Shown piece after piece: positions 7,705-15,279 of a stretch of 24,000 nucleotides of DNA. The notes under the pieces are model-generated. The model was not told where the DNA came from. It searched no databases and saw only the letters and a program-made list of their open reading frames with translations. The DNA is from Promethearchaeota archaeon (GTDB lineage Archaea > Asgardarchaeota > Heimdallarchaeia > Hodarchaeales > Hodarchaeaceae). The position numbers and the translations under genes are program-made. The stretch spans positions 182,923-206,922 of the forward strand of contig JBHLMN010000007.1 of NCBI GenBank assembly GCA_048938105.1, read 5' to 3'. The stretch's first letter is position 1, and every line of letters starts with the position of its first letter.

Positions 7705-9423
7705 ATGAGATCAGCCAATTCTGACGAAGCTACATCTTCTAAAGATTTTATTCGAAAAATGATTTCAGAAGATGTTAAAAACAATAAAAATAATGGCCGA
7801 GTCCATACTCGATTCCCTCCTGAACCCAATGGTTGGTTACACATTGGTCATGCGAAATCAATTCATCTCAATTTTAGTATTGCAAGTGAATTCAATGGAT
7901 TATGCAATTTACGGTTTGATGACACGGATCCTGCTAAAGAAAGCATGGAATATGTAGAGGCAATTAAAAAAGATATTCAGTGGCTCGGGTTCGATTGGGA
8001 AGATAGACTCTATTTTGCATCGGATTATTTTGAACAATTATATCAATTTGCTATAGAATTAATTAAAACTGGAAAGGCTTATGTTTGTGATTTAAGTGTA
8101 GAAGAAATTAAAGCTCAAAGGGGAACATCAGATGAGCCAGGGAAAGAAAGTCCATATCGTAACCGATCAGTAAAAGAAAATCTTGATCTATTTGAAAAGA
8201 TGCGTAAGGGGGAGTTTAAGGATGGTTCCCGCGTATTGAGGGCAAAAATAGACATGAAATCTCCTAATATGTTAATGCGTGACCCAATAATGTACCGAAT
8301 AAAGAGGGAACCGCATTATAGAACAGGGGACAAGTGGGTCATATATCCCAGTTATGATTATACTCATGGTCAATCAGACGCCATCGAAGGAATTACTCAT
8401 TCAATCTGCTCATTAGAATTTGAAACACATAGACCTCTATATAATTGGTATAGGGACCAACTCCTTTCTTTAAACATGCTTAAATACTGTCCAGAACAAA
8501 TTGAATTTTCACGACTAAACTTAACATTTACGGTTATGAGTAAACGACGTTTATTAGAATTAGTTGAAAATAGGCAAGTATCAGGATGGGATGATCCTCG
8601 AATGCCCACACTTGCGGGTTTACGTAGACGTGGTTTTCCTCCAGAAGCAATCAGAAATTTTTTAGCTAAAGTCGGAATATCAAAAAGAGAGAATTACATA
8701 GATGTAGGCCTTTTAGAAGCCTGCGTCCGTGAAGAAATGGATAAAAAATGCGATCGTGTAATGGCTGTACTGCATCCCTTAAAGATTGTGATTCAGAATT
8801 ATCCAGAGGATAAGGTTGAAGAACTAGATGCCCCTAATCATCCCAAAAATCCAGATAGAGGTTCACGGAAAATACCATTTTCACGAGTACTATACATTGA
8901 ACATGGCGATTTTCTTGAAGAACCTCCAAAGAAATTCTATCGACTTGCGCCTGGAAGAGAGGTTCGACTTCGATATGCATATTATATAAAATGTATTAAT
9001 GTAATTAAAGATGAAAAATCGGGGGAGATAATAGAATTGCATGCAACATTTGATCCTGAAACCAAAGGAGGATTTGCTCCAGACGGGCGAAAAGTAAAAG
9101 CTACTCTCCATTGGGTCTCAGCTGAACATGCAATTAAGGCAAAAGCACGTCTGTACGACAGACTTTTCATTAAAGAGAATCCTCTGGAAGATGCAGACTT
9201 TTCAAAAAGTTTAAATCCCAAATCATTAGAGAAGGTATCATGTTATGTGGAACCGAGTCTTCAGACCGCAAAACCAGGGATGACGTATCAATTCGAACGT
9301 TTAGGATATTTTTGTGTCGATTCAGTGGATACAACACCCGAACAACTAGTTTTTAATCGCACGATAACTTTACGGGATCCTTGGGCCAAGATTAAGAGAT
9401 CTCAAAAAGTAAAAACAACATGA
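7705..9423 (+). CDS. glnS: Glutaminyl-tRNA synthetase (GlnRS), compact bacterial-type architecture
   Basis: 572 aa. The HIGH motif is [18 protein letters not shown] and the KMSKS-equivalent is FTVMSKRRL. The protein is collinear with E. coli GlnRS as I recall it:
- [10 protein letters not shown]
- [21 protein letters not shown]
- [11 protein letters not shown]
- FSRLNL
- [17 protein letters not shown]
- LHWVSAEHA
- [12 protein letters not shown]
- FNRTITLRD
It lacks the ~200-aa N-terminal appended domain typical of eukaryotic cytosolic GlnRS. Confidence 0.9.
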   Translation: MRSANSDEATSSKDFIRKMISEDVKNNKNNGRVHTRFPPEPNGWLHIGHAKSIHLNFSIASEFNGLCNLRFDDTDPAKESMEYVEAIKKDIQWLGFDWEDRLYFASDYFEQLYQFAIELIKTGKAYVCDLSVEEIKAQRGTSDEPGKESPYRNRSVKENLDLFEKMRKGEFKDGSRVLRAKIDMKSPNMLMRDPIMYRIKREPHYRTGDKWVIYPSYDYTHGQSDAIEGITHSICSLEFETHRPLYNWYRDQLLSLNMLKYCPEQIEFSRLNLTFTVMSKRRLLELVENRQVSGWDDPRMPTLAGLRRRGFPPEAIRNFLAKVGISKRENYIDVGLLEACVREEMDKKCDRVMAVLHPLKIVIQNYPEDKVEELDAPNHPKNPDRGSRKIPFSRVLYIEHGDFLEEPPKKFYRLAPGREVRLRYAYYIKCINVIKDEKSGEIIELHATFDPETKGGFAPDGRKVKATLHWVSAEHAIKAKARLYDRLFIKENPLEDADFSKSLNPKSLEKVSCYVEPSLQTAKPGMTYQFERLGYFCVDSVDTTPEQLVFNRTITLRDPWAKIKRSQKVKTT

Positions 9424-9425
9424 CA

Positions 9426-9456
9426 CATTTCTTGACAAGAGAATAAAAAAGAAATG
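9426..9456. terminator. Inverted repeat plus T-run between convergent glnS and tRNA-Gln(CUG); candidate bidirectional terminator
   Basis: CATTTCTT (9426-9433) pairs with AAGAAATG (9449-9456). On the minus strand the sequence immediately 3' of the tRNA reads TCATTTCTTTTTTATTC, with a T6 run that is the complement of 9445-9450. That is a typical archaeal oligo-T termination signal. Confidence 0.4.
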
Positions 9457-9457
9457 A

Positions 9458-9529
9458 CAGCCCCGCCCAGAATCGAACTGGGGTTATCGGATTCAGAGTC
9501 CGAAGTGATAACCGCTACACCACGGGGCT
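9458..9529 (-). tRNA. tRNA-Gln (anticodon CUG), 72 nt, no intron, no encoded CCA
   Basis: The minus-strand sequence is AGCCCCG-TG-GTGT-AGCGGTTA-TCAC-T-TCGGA-CTCTGAA-TCCGA-TAAC-CCCAG-TTCGATT-CTGGG-CGGGGCT-G. The cloverleaf folds by hand:
- 7-bp acceptor stem with A1:U72
- 5-bp anticodon stem, loop CU-CUG-AA
- 5-bp T stem with T-loop TTCGATT
- discriminator G73. Confidence 0.9.
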
Positions 9530-9548
9530 TGTTTTGAATTTTTAAGTT

Positions 9549-9560
9549 TTTATATTTAAG
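9549..9560 (-). promoter_or_regulatory. Archaeal TATA box for tRNA-Gln(CUG)
   Basis: The minus strand reads CTTAAATATAAA, spanning about -31 to -20 relative to the tRNA 5' end at 9529. It is centred near -26, which is the canonical archaeal TBP-site distance. Confidence 0.55.
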
Positions 9561-9580
9561 TGAGAAAGAGAAGAAAGAAG

Positions 9581-9687
9581 CAGCCCCGCCCGGATTTGAA
9601 CCGAGGTCGAGAGGGTCAAAGCCTCTTATGCTAGTCCACATTGCCTAATTGTGGATGATAACCACAATGTGTCTACACCACGGGGCT
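9581..9687 (-). tRNA. tRNA-Gln (anticodon UUG), 107-nt gene with a ~32-nt insertion/intron in the D-loop, no encoded CCA
   Basis: The minus-strand sequence is AGCCCCG-TG-GTGT-AGAC[ACATTGTGGTTATCATCCACAATTAGGCAATG]TGGACTA-GCAT-A-AGAGG-CTTTGAC-CCTCT-CGAC-CTCGG-TTCAAAT-CCGGG-CGGGGCT-G. The acceptor stem is identical to that of the CUG isoacceptor. The anticodon loop is CU-UUG-AC. Removing 32 nt gives a normal 75-nt cloverleaf with D-loop AGACTGGACTA. Confidence 0.75.
9639..9670 (-). other. Putative tRNA intron at a non-canonical (D-loop) position; boundaries approximate
   Basis: This is my best-parse excision of ACATTGTGGTTATCATCCACAATTAGGCAATG. The segment has mutually exclusive helices: ATTGTGG/CCACAAT, CCACA/TGTGG and CACATTG/CAATGTG. 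I could not draw a strict bulge-helix-bulge motif by hand, so the exact junctions are uncertain. Confidence 0.5.
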
Positions 9688-9775
9688 TAAGAATAGATAT
9701 TCTCTCAGGTCTTTATCAAATTAATCTTCTTTTGAAAAATTTTATTGGATATTTTCTTTTATTAAAAACTAATAT

Positions 9776-11248
9776 CTATTTTGGAATTGAGAAATAAAAT
9801 GTACTACCCTTCCCCTCTCCTTCTGATTTCACCCATATCATTCCCTGATGTAATTCTATAATTGACTTCGAAATATATAGACCTAATCCAAGACCTTGGC
9901 CATGAATCTTTGTATTTCCTTGTGGTTCAAACAGACTGAAAAGCTGATCAAATTTATCTGGATGTATCCCTATTCCTTCATCTTTAACTGAGACAATATA
10001 TTCATGTGGTTTGTTTCTTAACGTAACAATAATTTCTCCATCATTTGAAAATTTTACTGAATTTTCTATTAAATTTCGAAGTACCTGATCAATTCGATCC
10101 GCATCAACCATAACTTGGTCAGGTGCTTCATTACCCTCTTTCATAAATGTAATCTTTAAATTGTTCTTTTCTACATATTTTGTTATATCATTTACAAAAT
10201 TCTCTACTATTTCTTCCAAATTAGATTGCTTTTTATTGAGTTCGAATAAATTTCTTCTTATACGAGATAAATCAAAACTTGCATCGAGGAGCTTTTCGAT
10301 TCGATGATAATTTCTATTTATGGAGTCATATATTTTCTTCCGCTGTTGTTTAGTTAAATTTCGACCAGTTTCACCTTGTTGCAATAATTCTATATTTCCC
10401 CACATTATGGATAGTGGTGTACGTATTTCGTGAGAAACAAAATCAATAAATTGACTCTTTAGAACATCCAATTCTTTTAATTCCTCCATTTGTACTTCGA
10501 TAATTTTCCATGCAATATCTCTTATATGTTCACGTGTTCTAAAGATAACTAAGATAGTAATGGTCAGGCCAACGGTATAAGTAATACCTGCTATAATTAA
10601 GATCTCCACAGTCGACCCAGTGACCTTAATTAACTCACTAATCCCACCTAACAATCCTCCAAGTCCGAAGTATTTTAAATACTGGCGTCTGATTAAAGTT
10701 GACATGGTTTTTGGAAAGAATATGTCAGTTAATGGCTTAGCAAAGAAAACTATGACTGTAAAGCCAATTAATAGTTCAGCTAACAGAAGAAAAGAAAAAA
10801 ACCATATATCGGATAAAAATAACTGATATAGGGAGTCAAAAATCATACTTCCCATATCAAACATTAAATATCTTACTATGGTAAAAAAGCCGAAAAATAA
10901 ACAAACTCCTATAATTACTTTTGTTGTTAAGGTATGATAAGGATAATTAGTATCAACGACAACAAAAATACACAGAAAAACCAGGAATGTGCTAATTGAA
11001 GCAATTGTTAATATACTAACAATTGAGTTCAACACCTCAACACCCTCCTGATTTAGAAAAGAAATATAAAGAAAATAAGAAAAAGAATAACCAGTTATAC
11101 CTCCATACATGCCTAATAGTGCTTTATTTTTCTGTGTACGAAGATCTTTACTATCAATGAGATAGAATAAGACGATAGAGAAGAATAATAAAGGAAGAAT
11201 TGTATTCAATGCATAAATAAGCTCTAAAAATAGATTTGTGAACACCAT
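9776..11248 (-). CDS. Membrane-bound sensor histidine kinase (polytopic N-terminal sensor, HisKA plus HATPase_c)
   Basis: The N-terminal ~240 aa is very hydrophobic, with roughly 6-7 predicted TM segments. The kinase motifs are:
- H-box: SQFIDFVSHEIRTPL
- N-box: DQVLRNLIENSVKFS
- G1: DEGIGI
- G2: GQGLGLGLYISK
The maximal ORF starts at GTG 11260. The first ATG at 11246-11248 gives MVFTNLF... Confidence 0.85.
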   Translation of the reverse strand: MVFTNLFLELIYALNTILPLLFFSIVLFYLIDSKDLRTQKNKALLGMYGGITGYSFSYFLYISFLNQEGVEVLNSIVSILTIASISTFLVFLCIFVVVDTNYPYHTLTTKVIIGVCLFFGFFTIVRYLMFDMGSMIFDSLYQLFLSDIWFFSFLLLAELLIGFTVIVFFAKPLTDIFFPKTMSTLIRRQYLKYFGLGGLLGGISELIKVTGSTVEILIIAGITYTVGLTITILVIFRTREHIRDIAWKIIEVQMEELKELDVLKSQFIDFVSHEIRTPLSIMWGNIELLQQGETGRNLTKQQRKKIYDSINRNYHRIEKLLDASFDLSRIRRNLFELNKKQSNLEEIVENFVNDITKYVEKNNLKITFMKEGNEAPDQVMVDADRIDQVLRNLIENSVKFSNDGEIIVTLRNKPHEYIVSVKDEGIGIHPDKFDQLFSLFEPQGNTKIHGQGLGLGLYISKSIIELHQGMIWVKSEGEGKGSTFYFSIPK

Positions 11249-11490
11249 AGAATTATCCACATCTTTTTAAGCAATTATAATTACAATTCTTTTTCAATTA
11301 GTGTAGAATCCATTTGATTTTCAATATCCTCTGTTATCTATCTCATTGATAGTTTATTAAACTACCTAAACATTACTAGAGAATCTATCTTGATGAAAAG
11401 ATTGCATAATCTGACTAGTACCCAAAAATGGCATCATAAAAACTAAGACATTAACTGAAGGTCAAACTTTCAATAGAAAGCTTCTTTGAT

Positions 11491-12714
11491 TTATGCTCCA
11501 AATTTATGAACTCTTCCAGCAATACCTAGCATTAGAGGAATTATTTGTTGGCCTATTAAATGACCTAATCCTCCTCTCATGGTTGGCCGCTCACCGAATT
11601 CAGTTACTTGATCCGAACGAACACCCTCACCAGCTATTAGAACTGGTACTGGATCAGATGAATGGTCTCGCATTACACAAGGAGTGCTATGATCACCTGT
11701 GATGCAAATGATCGTATCTGACAGTATCTCAAAAAAACGTTCAATTGCAATGTCTATCTCATCAATGAATTCCATTTTTTGAATGGGTTTGTTGTCATGG
11801 CCGAAATTATCTGTCCCCTTTACATGTAAAACCACAAATTGAGCTCTTTTAAACGAGTCCATGACTGCATTAACTTTAGAATTAAGGTCGGTTGGAACTC
11901 CTCCCGTACCTCTATGATCATTATTAATTCTCATACCACAAATAGAGGCAACTCCTTTATACAATCCACCACCAGCAACACATTCAGAACTAAGACCAAA
12001 TTTAGTTTGAAAGCTTTCTAAGTGAGGGGCTATACCTGCGCCTCTGACTAATAAATAGTTTGCAGGCAGCTTATTTTTACTGATTCTCTTTTTATTTATC
12101 TCGAGAGATTCCATTATCTCCGAAGCTTCTTGAATAAACCGTTTTAATATCCGAGCTGTTTTCTCTGCTTCAGAACTCGTGGGAATAATGGGTTTTGGTT
12201 TTTTATTTTCAATTTTCGGATCATTACCAGTCACATGATGCGAAAGGCCAGGACCTCTTAAAACTAGAGCCGCACGATGGTCTATTCCAACTTTAAATAT
12301 TGTTTCTATATCATCTATTGTTATATTCTGAAGTGCTTGTTCAATTTCTTGGGTACCCTCAGAAATTCGACCAGCACGACGATCAAGTATTATTCCATCC
12401 TCAATTGTAGCCATATTTGTTCGAAAAGCGATATCGCCTGGTCTCACTGGTACATCAGTTCCAGCAGCTTCAAAGGGCCCTCTTCCAGTATATACTTCAT
12501 AAGGATCGTACCCGAAGAGTGCAAGGTGAGCAGTATCACTGCCCGGAGTGATACCTCTACCAATCGTATGTAAATGACCAGTTATACCCATCTGGGCCAA
12601 CCTGTCCATTGTGGGTGTTTTAGCGGCCTCCAAAGGTGTTTTATTACCTAATTCTGGTATTGGGCGATCGCCCACGCCATCCATAATGAATAAGAGAAGT
12701 TTTCTTTCCTGCAT
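11491..12714 (-). CDS. apgM: 2,3-bisphosphoglycerate-independent phosphoglycerate mutase, archaeal type (ApgM)
   Basis: [40 protein letters not shown]... is the characteristic ApgM N-terminus. Metal- and phosphate-site blocks are present: [34 protein letters not shown]. The track ORF extends to TTG 12789 and would overlap the upstream gene. The ATG at 12712-12714 fits family N-termini and leaves a 46-nt spacer. Confidence 0.85.
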   Translation of the reverse strand: MQERKLLLFIMDGVGDRPIPELGNKTPLEAAKTPTMDRLAQMGITGHLHTIGRGITPGSDTAHLALFGYDPYEVYTGRGPFEAAGTDVPVRPGDIAFRTNMATIEDGIILDRRAGRISEGTQEIEQALQNITIDDIETIFKVGIDHRAALVLRGPGLSHHVTGNDPKIENKKPKPIIPTSSEAEKTARILKRFIQEASEIMESLEINKKRISKNKLPANYLLVRGAGIAPHLESFQTKFGLSSECVAGGGLYKGVASICGMRINNDHRGTGGVPTDLNSKVNAVMDSFKRAQFVVLHVKGTDNFGHDNKPIQKMEFIDEIDIAIERFFEILSDTIICITGDHSTPCVMRDHSSDPVPVLIAGEGVRSDQVTEFGERPTMRGGLGHLIGQQIIPLMLGIAGRVHKFGA

Positions 12715-12760
12715 ATCAATAATTCCTTTATTATAAATTCTGTAGAACCAAAGTCTAGTT

Positions 12761-13891
12761 TTAAGAAACAGGTTTCCAGAGGATCCCAAGTTTATCTGCT
12801 TTATTTCGAGCCAATGTCAATTCTTCATATGTAATGCCTCGGTTGATGTCTTTATACTTATCAGGATTCTTGCGAACCTTATGCATCGGCCTGTACTGAC
12901 CCATGACATTAACCAAGGCCTTGGGAACATTGTTATTACACCATTCAAGGATAGGGTAGCTATCTGCTTCTATCCGACCAGGCATTACTAGATGCCGAAC
13001 TATCATTTCCCCAGAACCTTTATCATGAGCCATTTTTATGTTGCGAGTGATTACTGCCCAATAATTCGGGATTTTCGACATTCGTTTGGCAAAATCATCA
13101 TTGGCGTATTTTAGATCCGGTAACCAGAAATCCATAACTTCCAATAATAATTTCATTCCCTCAATACTTAGATACATATTTGAATTCCAGAGCTGACAAA
13201 TATTTGTTTCGAAGTATTGAAGAACATGGAGAATTACATGAAGGTTGGAGGTGGGATCTCCACCAACCCAATTTATATTTCGAGCACCTTCCCTTGATAA
13301 TGCTCCAGCAATAAGAGCAATTTGTTGAGGGGTTCGTTTGACACCATCACGAATTTCCCCACTTTCACGATCCCTCCATTCTTGACTTATAGAATGATTT
13401 TGGCAGAAGACACATTTAAAGGTGCATCCTGAAAAAAAGATCGTCCCAGAGGGCACAAGCACAGTTTCCTCTCCCGTATGTAAAAAAGCAGAACTGATAA
13501 TTGCTTCTTTACCAACTTTACAAACACCAAGTTCTCCTGCTTCTCGATTTTTTTGACATCGTCGTTCACAAAAACAACATTCCTTAAGCATTTCATCAGC
13601 AATTTTAGTCTTTAAATCAAGAAAAGATGGGTTCACTGACTCTGGGACAACGCTCGAATTAGCTCCTTCATCGTATTCACTTAGGAAGATATTGAATTCT
13701 GATGCTAATCTATCATGTTCACGCCAAAGCACTGGTAAATCAGTTTCTAAATCAATATCTATTGGTAATGCCTTTGTTAAGAGGTAACGTGCAATTTTCT
13801 CTTCATGAATTAGCTGATAATAGCGGTTAAGTCTATTGACAACTTCGGGGTTTTTCCAAACAGAGACTCTGTCAGGTCGTATTCGCCACAT
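12761..13891 (-). CDS. Radical SAM protein, PflX-like (COG1313, putative pyruvate formate-lyase activase-related)
   Basis: The radical SAM cluster motif is FFSGCTFKCVFCQN (C-x3-C-x2-C). An upstream Cys cluster, CCFCERRCQKNREAGELGVCKV, is typical of PflX-like proteins. Further family-like blocks are NINWVGGDPTS, WLPDLKY, IVRHLVMPG and NVMGQYRP. The maximal ORF begins at TTG 13909. The first ATG at 13889-13891 gives MWRIRPD... Confidence 0.8.
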   Translation of the reverse strand: MWRIRPDRVSVWKNPEVVNRLNRYYQLIHEEKIARYLLTKALPIDIDLETDLPVLWREHDRLASEFNIFLSEYDEGANSSVVPESVNPSFLDLKTKIADEMLKECCFCERRCQKNREAGELGVCKVGKEAIISSAFLHTGEETVLVPSGTIFFSGCTFKCVFCQNHSISQEWRDRESGEIRDGVKRTPQQIALIAGALSREGARNINWVGGDPTSNLHVILHVLQYFETNICQLWNSNMYLSIEGMKLLLEVMDFWLPDLKYANDDFAKRMSKIPNYWAVITRNIKMAHDKGSGEMIVRHLVMPGRIEADSYPILEWCNNNVPKALVNVMGQYRPMHKVRKNPDKYKDINRGITYEELTLARNKADKLGILWKPVS

Positions 13892-14008
13892 CTTTCTCAG
13901 AATATTCAAATCCTACAAGTTAATAAATGTCTTGGAAGATCTTACGAAGATAAAAACGAACTTAAGTATTATTTCAATAATTTGAATTCAAGATTATAAA
14001 AAAAACTG

Positions 14009-15223
14009 GTGATTGATTTGATCAAATTAACTCTAGATGATATTGTTGAAGCCCAGAAAACACTTGAAGGAAAAGTAAAACGAACTCCACTTAATCCGTC
14101 CACCACATTCTCTAAAATGACTGGTTGTGAGGTTTATATCAAGCATGAAAATTTACAAAAGGCAGGATCGTTTAAAGTCCGGGGAGCTTATAACAAGATC
14201 GCTAACTTAGAAAGAGACGAGAGAAAGAGAGGTATCGTTGCAGTTAGCACAGGTAATCATGCACAGGGCGTAGCGCTGGCAGCAACAATATTTGGAACTC
14301 CCTCGACCATCGTTATGCCCAAGGGGGCCCCAATTTCAAAAGTTGAGGCGACAAAGGGATATGGGGGGCAAGTTATTCTATGGGGTGATAGTTTTGAAGA
14401 AGCCTTCACAAAAGCAAAGGAAATCAAAGAGAAAGATAATTTAACATTAATTCATGCATTTGACGATGTAGATGTAGCTGCAGGTCAGGGAACCATTGGT
14501 TTGGAAATATTAGAAGATCTTCCCGAGGTAGATTTAGTAGTATGCCCAATTGGAGGAGGGGGGTTAATCTCAGGTATTTCTACAGCTATCAAAGCAAAAA
14601 AACCAGAGTGTCGTATTATTGGGGTTCAAGCCAAGAAAATGGATGCAGCTTATCGATCCTTCCAAAAAGGAACTTTAATTCATACCGAGAAAGGTAATAC
14701 AATTGCAGATGGAATTGCCATTAAAAGTCCTAGTAAGTTCACTTTCTCGATAATAAAATCACTATTAGATGGAATTGTCATAGTTGAAGAAGAGGAAATA
14801 GCTCAAGCAATGCTTCTCCTTCTAGAACGGTGTAAATCAGTAGTAGAAGGAGCGGGAGCAGTAGCTTTAGCAGCCTTATTATACCAAAATATTGCTAAAA
14901 AGGGAGAAAAAGTTGTGTTAGTTGTTAGTGGAGGGAATGTAGATACAACTATCTTAAGTAAACTTATTACTCAAGGATTAATAAAATCGGGCCGCTATAG
15001 AGAACTGAGAGTGTTAATGGAAGATAAGCCAGGTAAACTTGAAACCCTGTTAGAGATTATTTCAGACTTAGAAGCAAATATTATTGATATAAATGTAGAT
15101 CGTTTTTCTCCTGATTTACCTTTTAATCACGTAATAGTACAATTGGCAGTAGAAACAAAAAATCTTGATCATTCTGTAGCTTTGTTAAAAGGAATCAAAA
15201 AACAATTTCAAATCCAGAGTTAA
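14009..15223 (+). CDS. ilvA: Threonine ammonia-lyase (threonine dehydratase), PLP-dependent, with a C-terminal ACT-like regulatory domain
   Basis: RTPLNPSTTFSKMTGCEVYIKHENLQKAGSFKVRGAYNK contains the PLP-lysine motif S-F-K-x-R-G. Also present are STGNHAQGVA, the glycine loop PIGGGGLISG, and SGGNVD. The last ~75 aa (YRELRVLMEDKPGKLETLLEIISDLEANIIDINVDR) look like an ACT domain. GTG start. The symbol is tentative, since this could be a catabolic tdcB-type enzyme. Confidence 0.85.
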   Translation: MIDLIKLTLDDIVEAQKTLEGKVKRTPLNPSTTFSKMTGCEVYIKHENLQKAGSFKVRGAYNKIANLERDERKRGIVAVSTGNHAQGVALAATIFGTPSTIVMPKGAPISKVEATKGYGGQVILWGDSFEEAFTKAKEIKEKDNLTLIHAFDDVDVAAGQGTIGLEILEDLPEVDLVVCPIGGGGLISGISTAIKAKKPECRIIGVQAKKMDAAYRSFQKGTLIHTEKGNTIADGIAIKSPSKFTFSIIKSLLDGIVIVEEEEIAQAMLLLLERCKSVVEGAGAVALAALLYQNIAKKGEKVVLVVSGGNVDTTILSKLITQGLIKSGRYRELRVLMEDKPGKLETLLEIISDLEANIIDINVDRFSPDLPFNHVIVQLAVETKNLDHSVALLKGIKKQFQIQS

Positions 15224-15279
15224 CAATATAACCTGAAAAAGTTAAAGAAAACAACTTACCTTAAAGGAAAAAATAGTTT

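Noticed and set aside
7772-9221. Nested ORFs within glnS (7772-7957 plus, 8397-8609, 8890-9111 and 8982-9221 minus)
   Set aside because: They are nested in the GlnRS reading frame, which is collinear with known GlnRS throughout. They carry no independent signals.
9402-9641. 79-aa minus-strand ORF from the track (MWTSIRGFDPLDLGSNPGGAAS...)
   Set aside because: It lies directly over the two tRNA-Gln genes and the spacer between them. The GSNPGG stretch is simply the translation of the T-arm/acceptor sequence. It is not a protein-coding gene.
9458-9687. Identical 15-nt 5' ends (AGCCCCGTGGTGTAG) and 11-nt 3' ends (GGGCGGGGCTG) of the two tRNA genes, considered as possible att-like direct repeats of an integrated element
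   Set aside because: They are the shared acceptor and D-stem sequences of two isoacceptors of the same amino acid. I saw no integrase, no partial tRNA duplicate and no other mobile-element gene.
12715-12789. 25-codon N-terminal extension of the apgM ORF from a TTG start (MGSSGNLFLKTRLWFYRIYNKGIID)
   Set aside because: It would overlap the 3' end of the radical SAM gene by 29 nt. The internal ATG at 12714 reproduces the conserved ApgM N-terminus ([16 protein letters not shown]), and the extension has no family counterpart.
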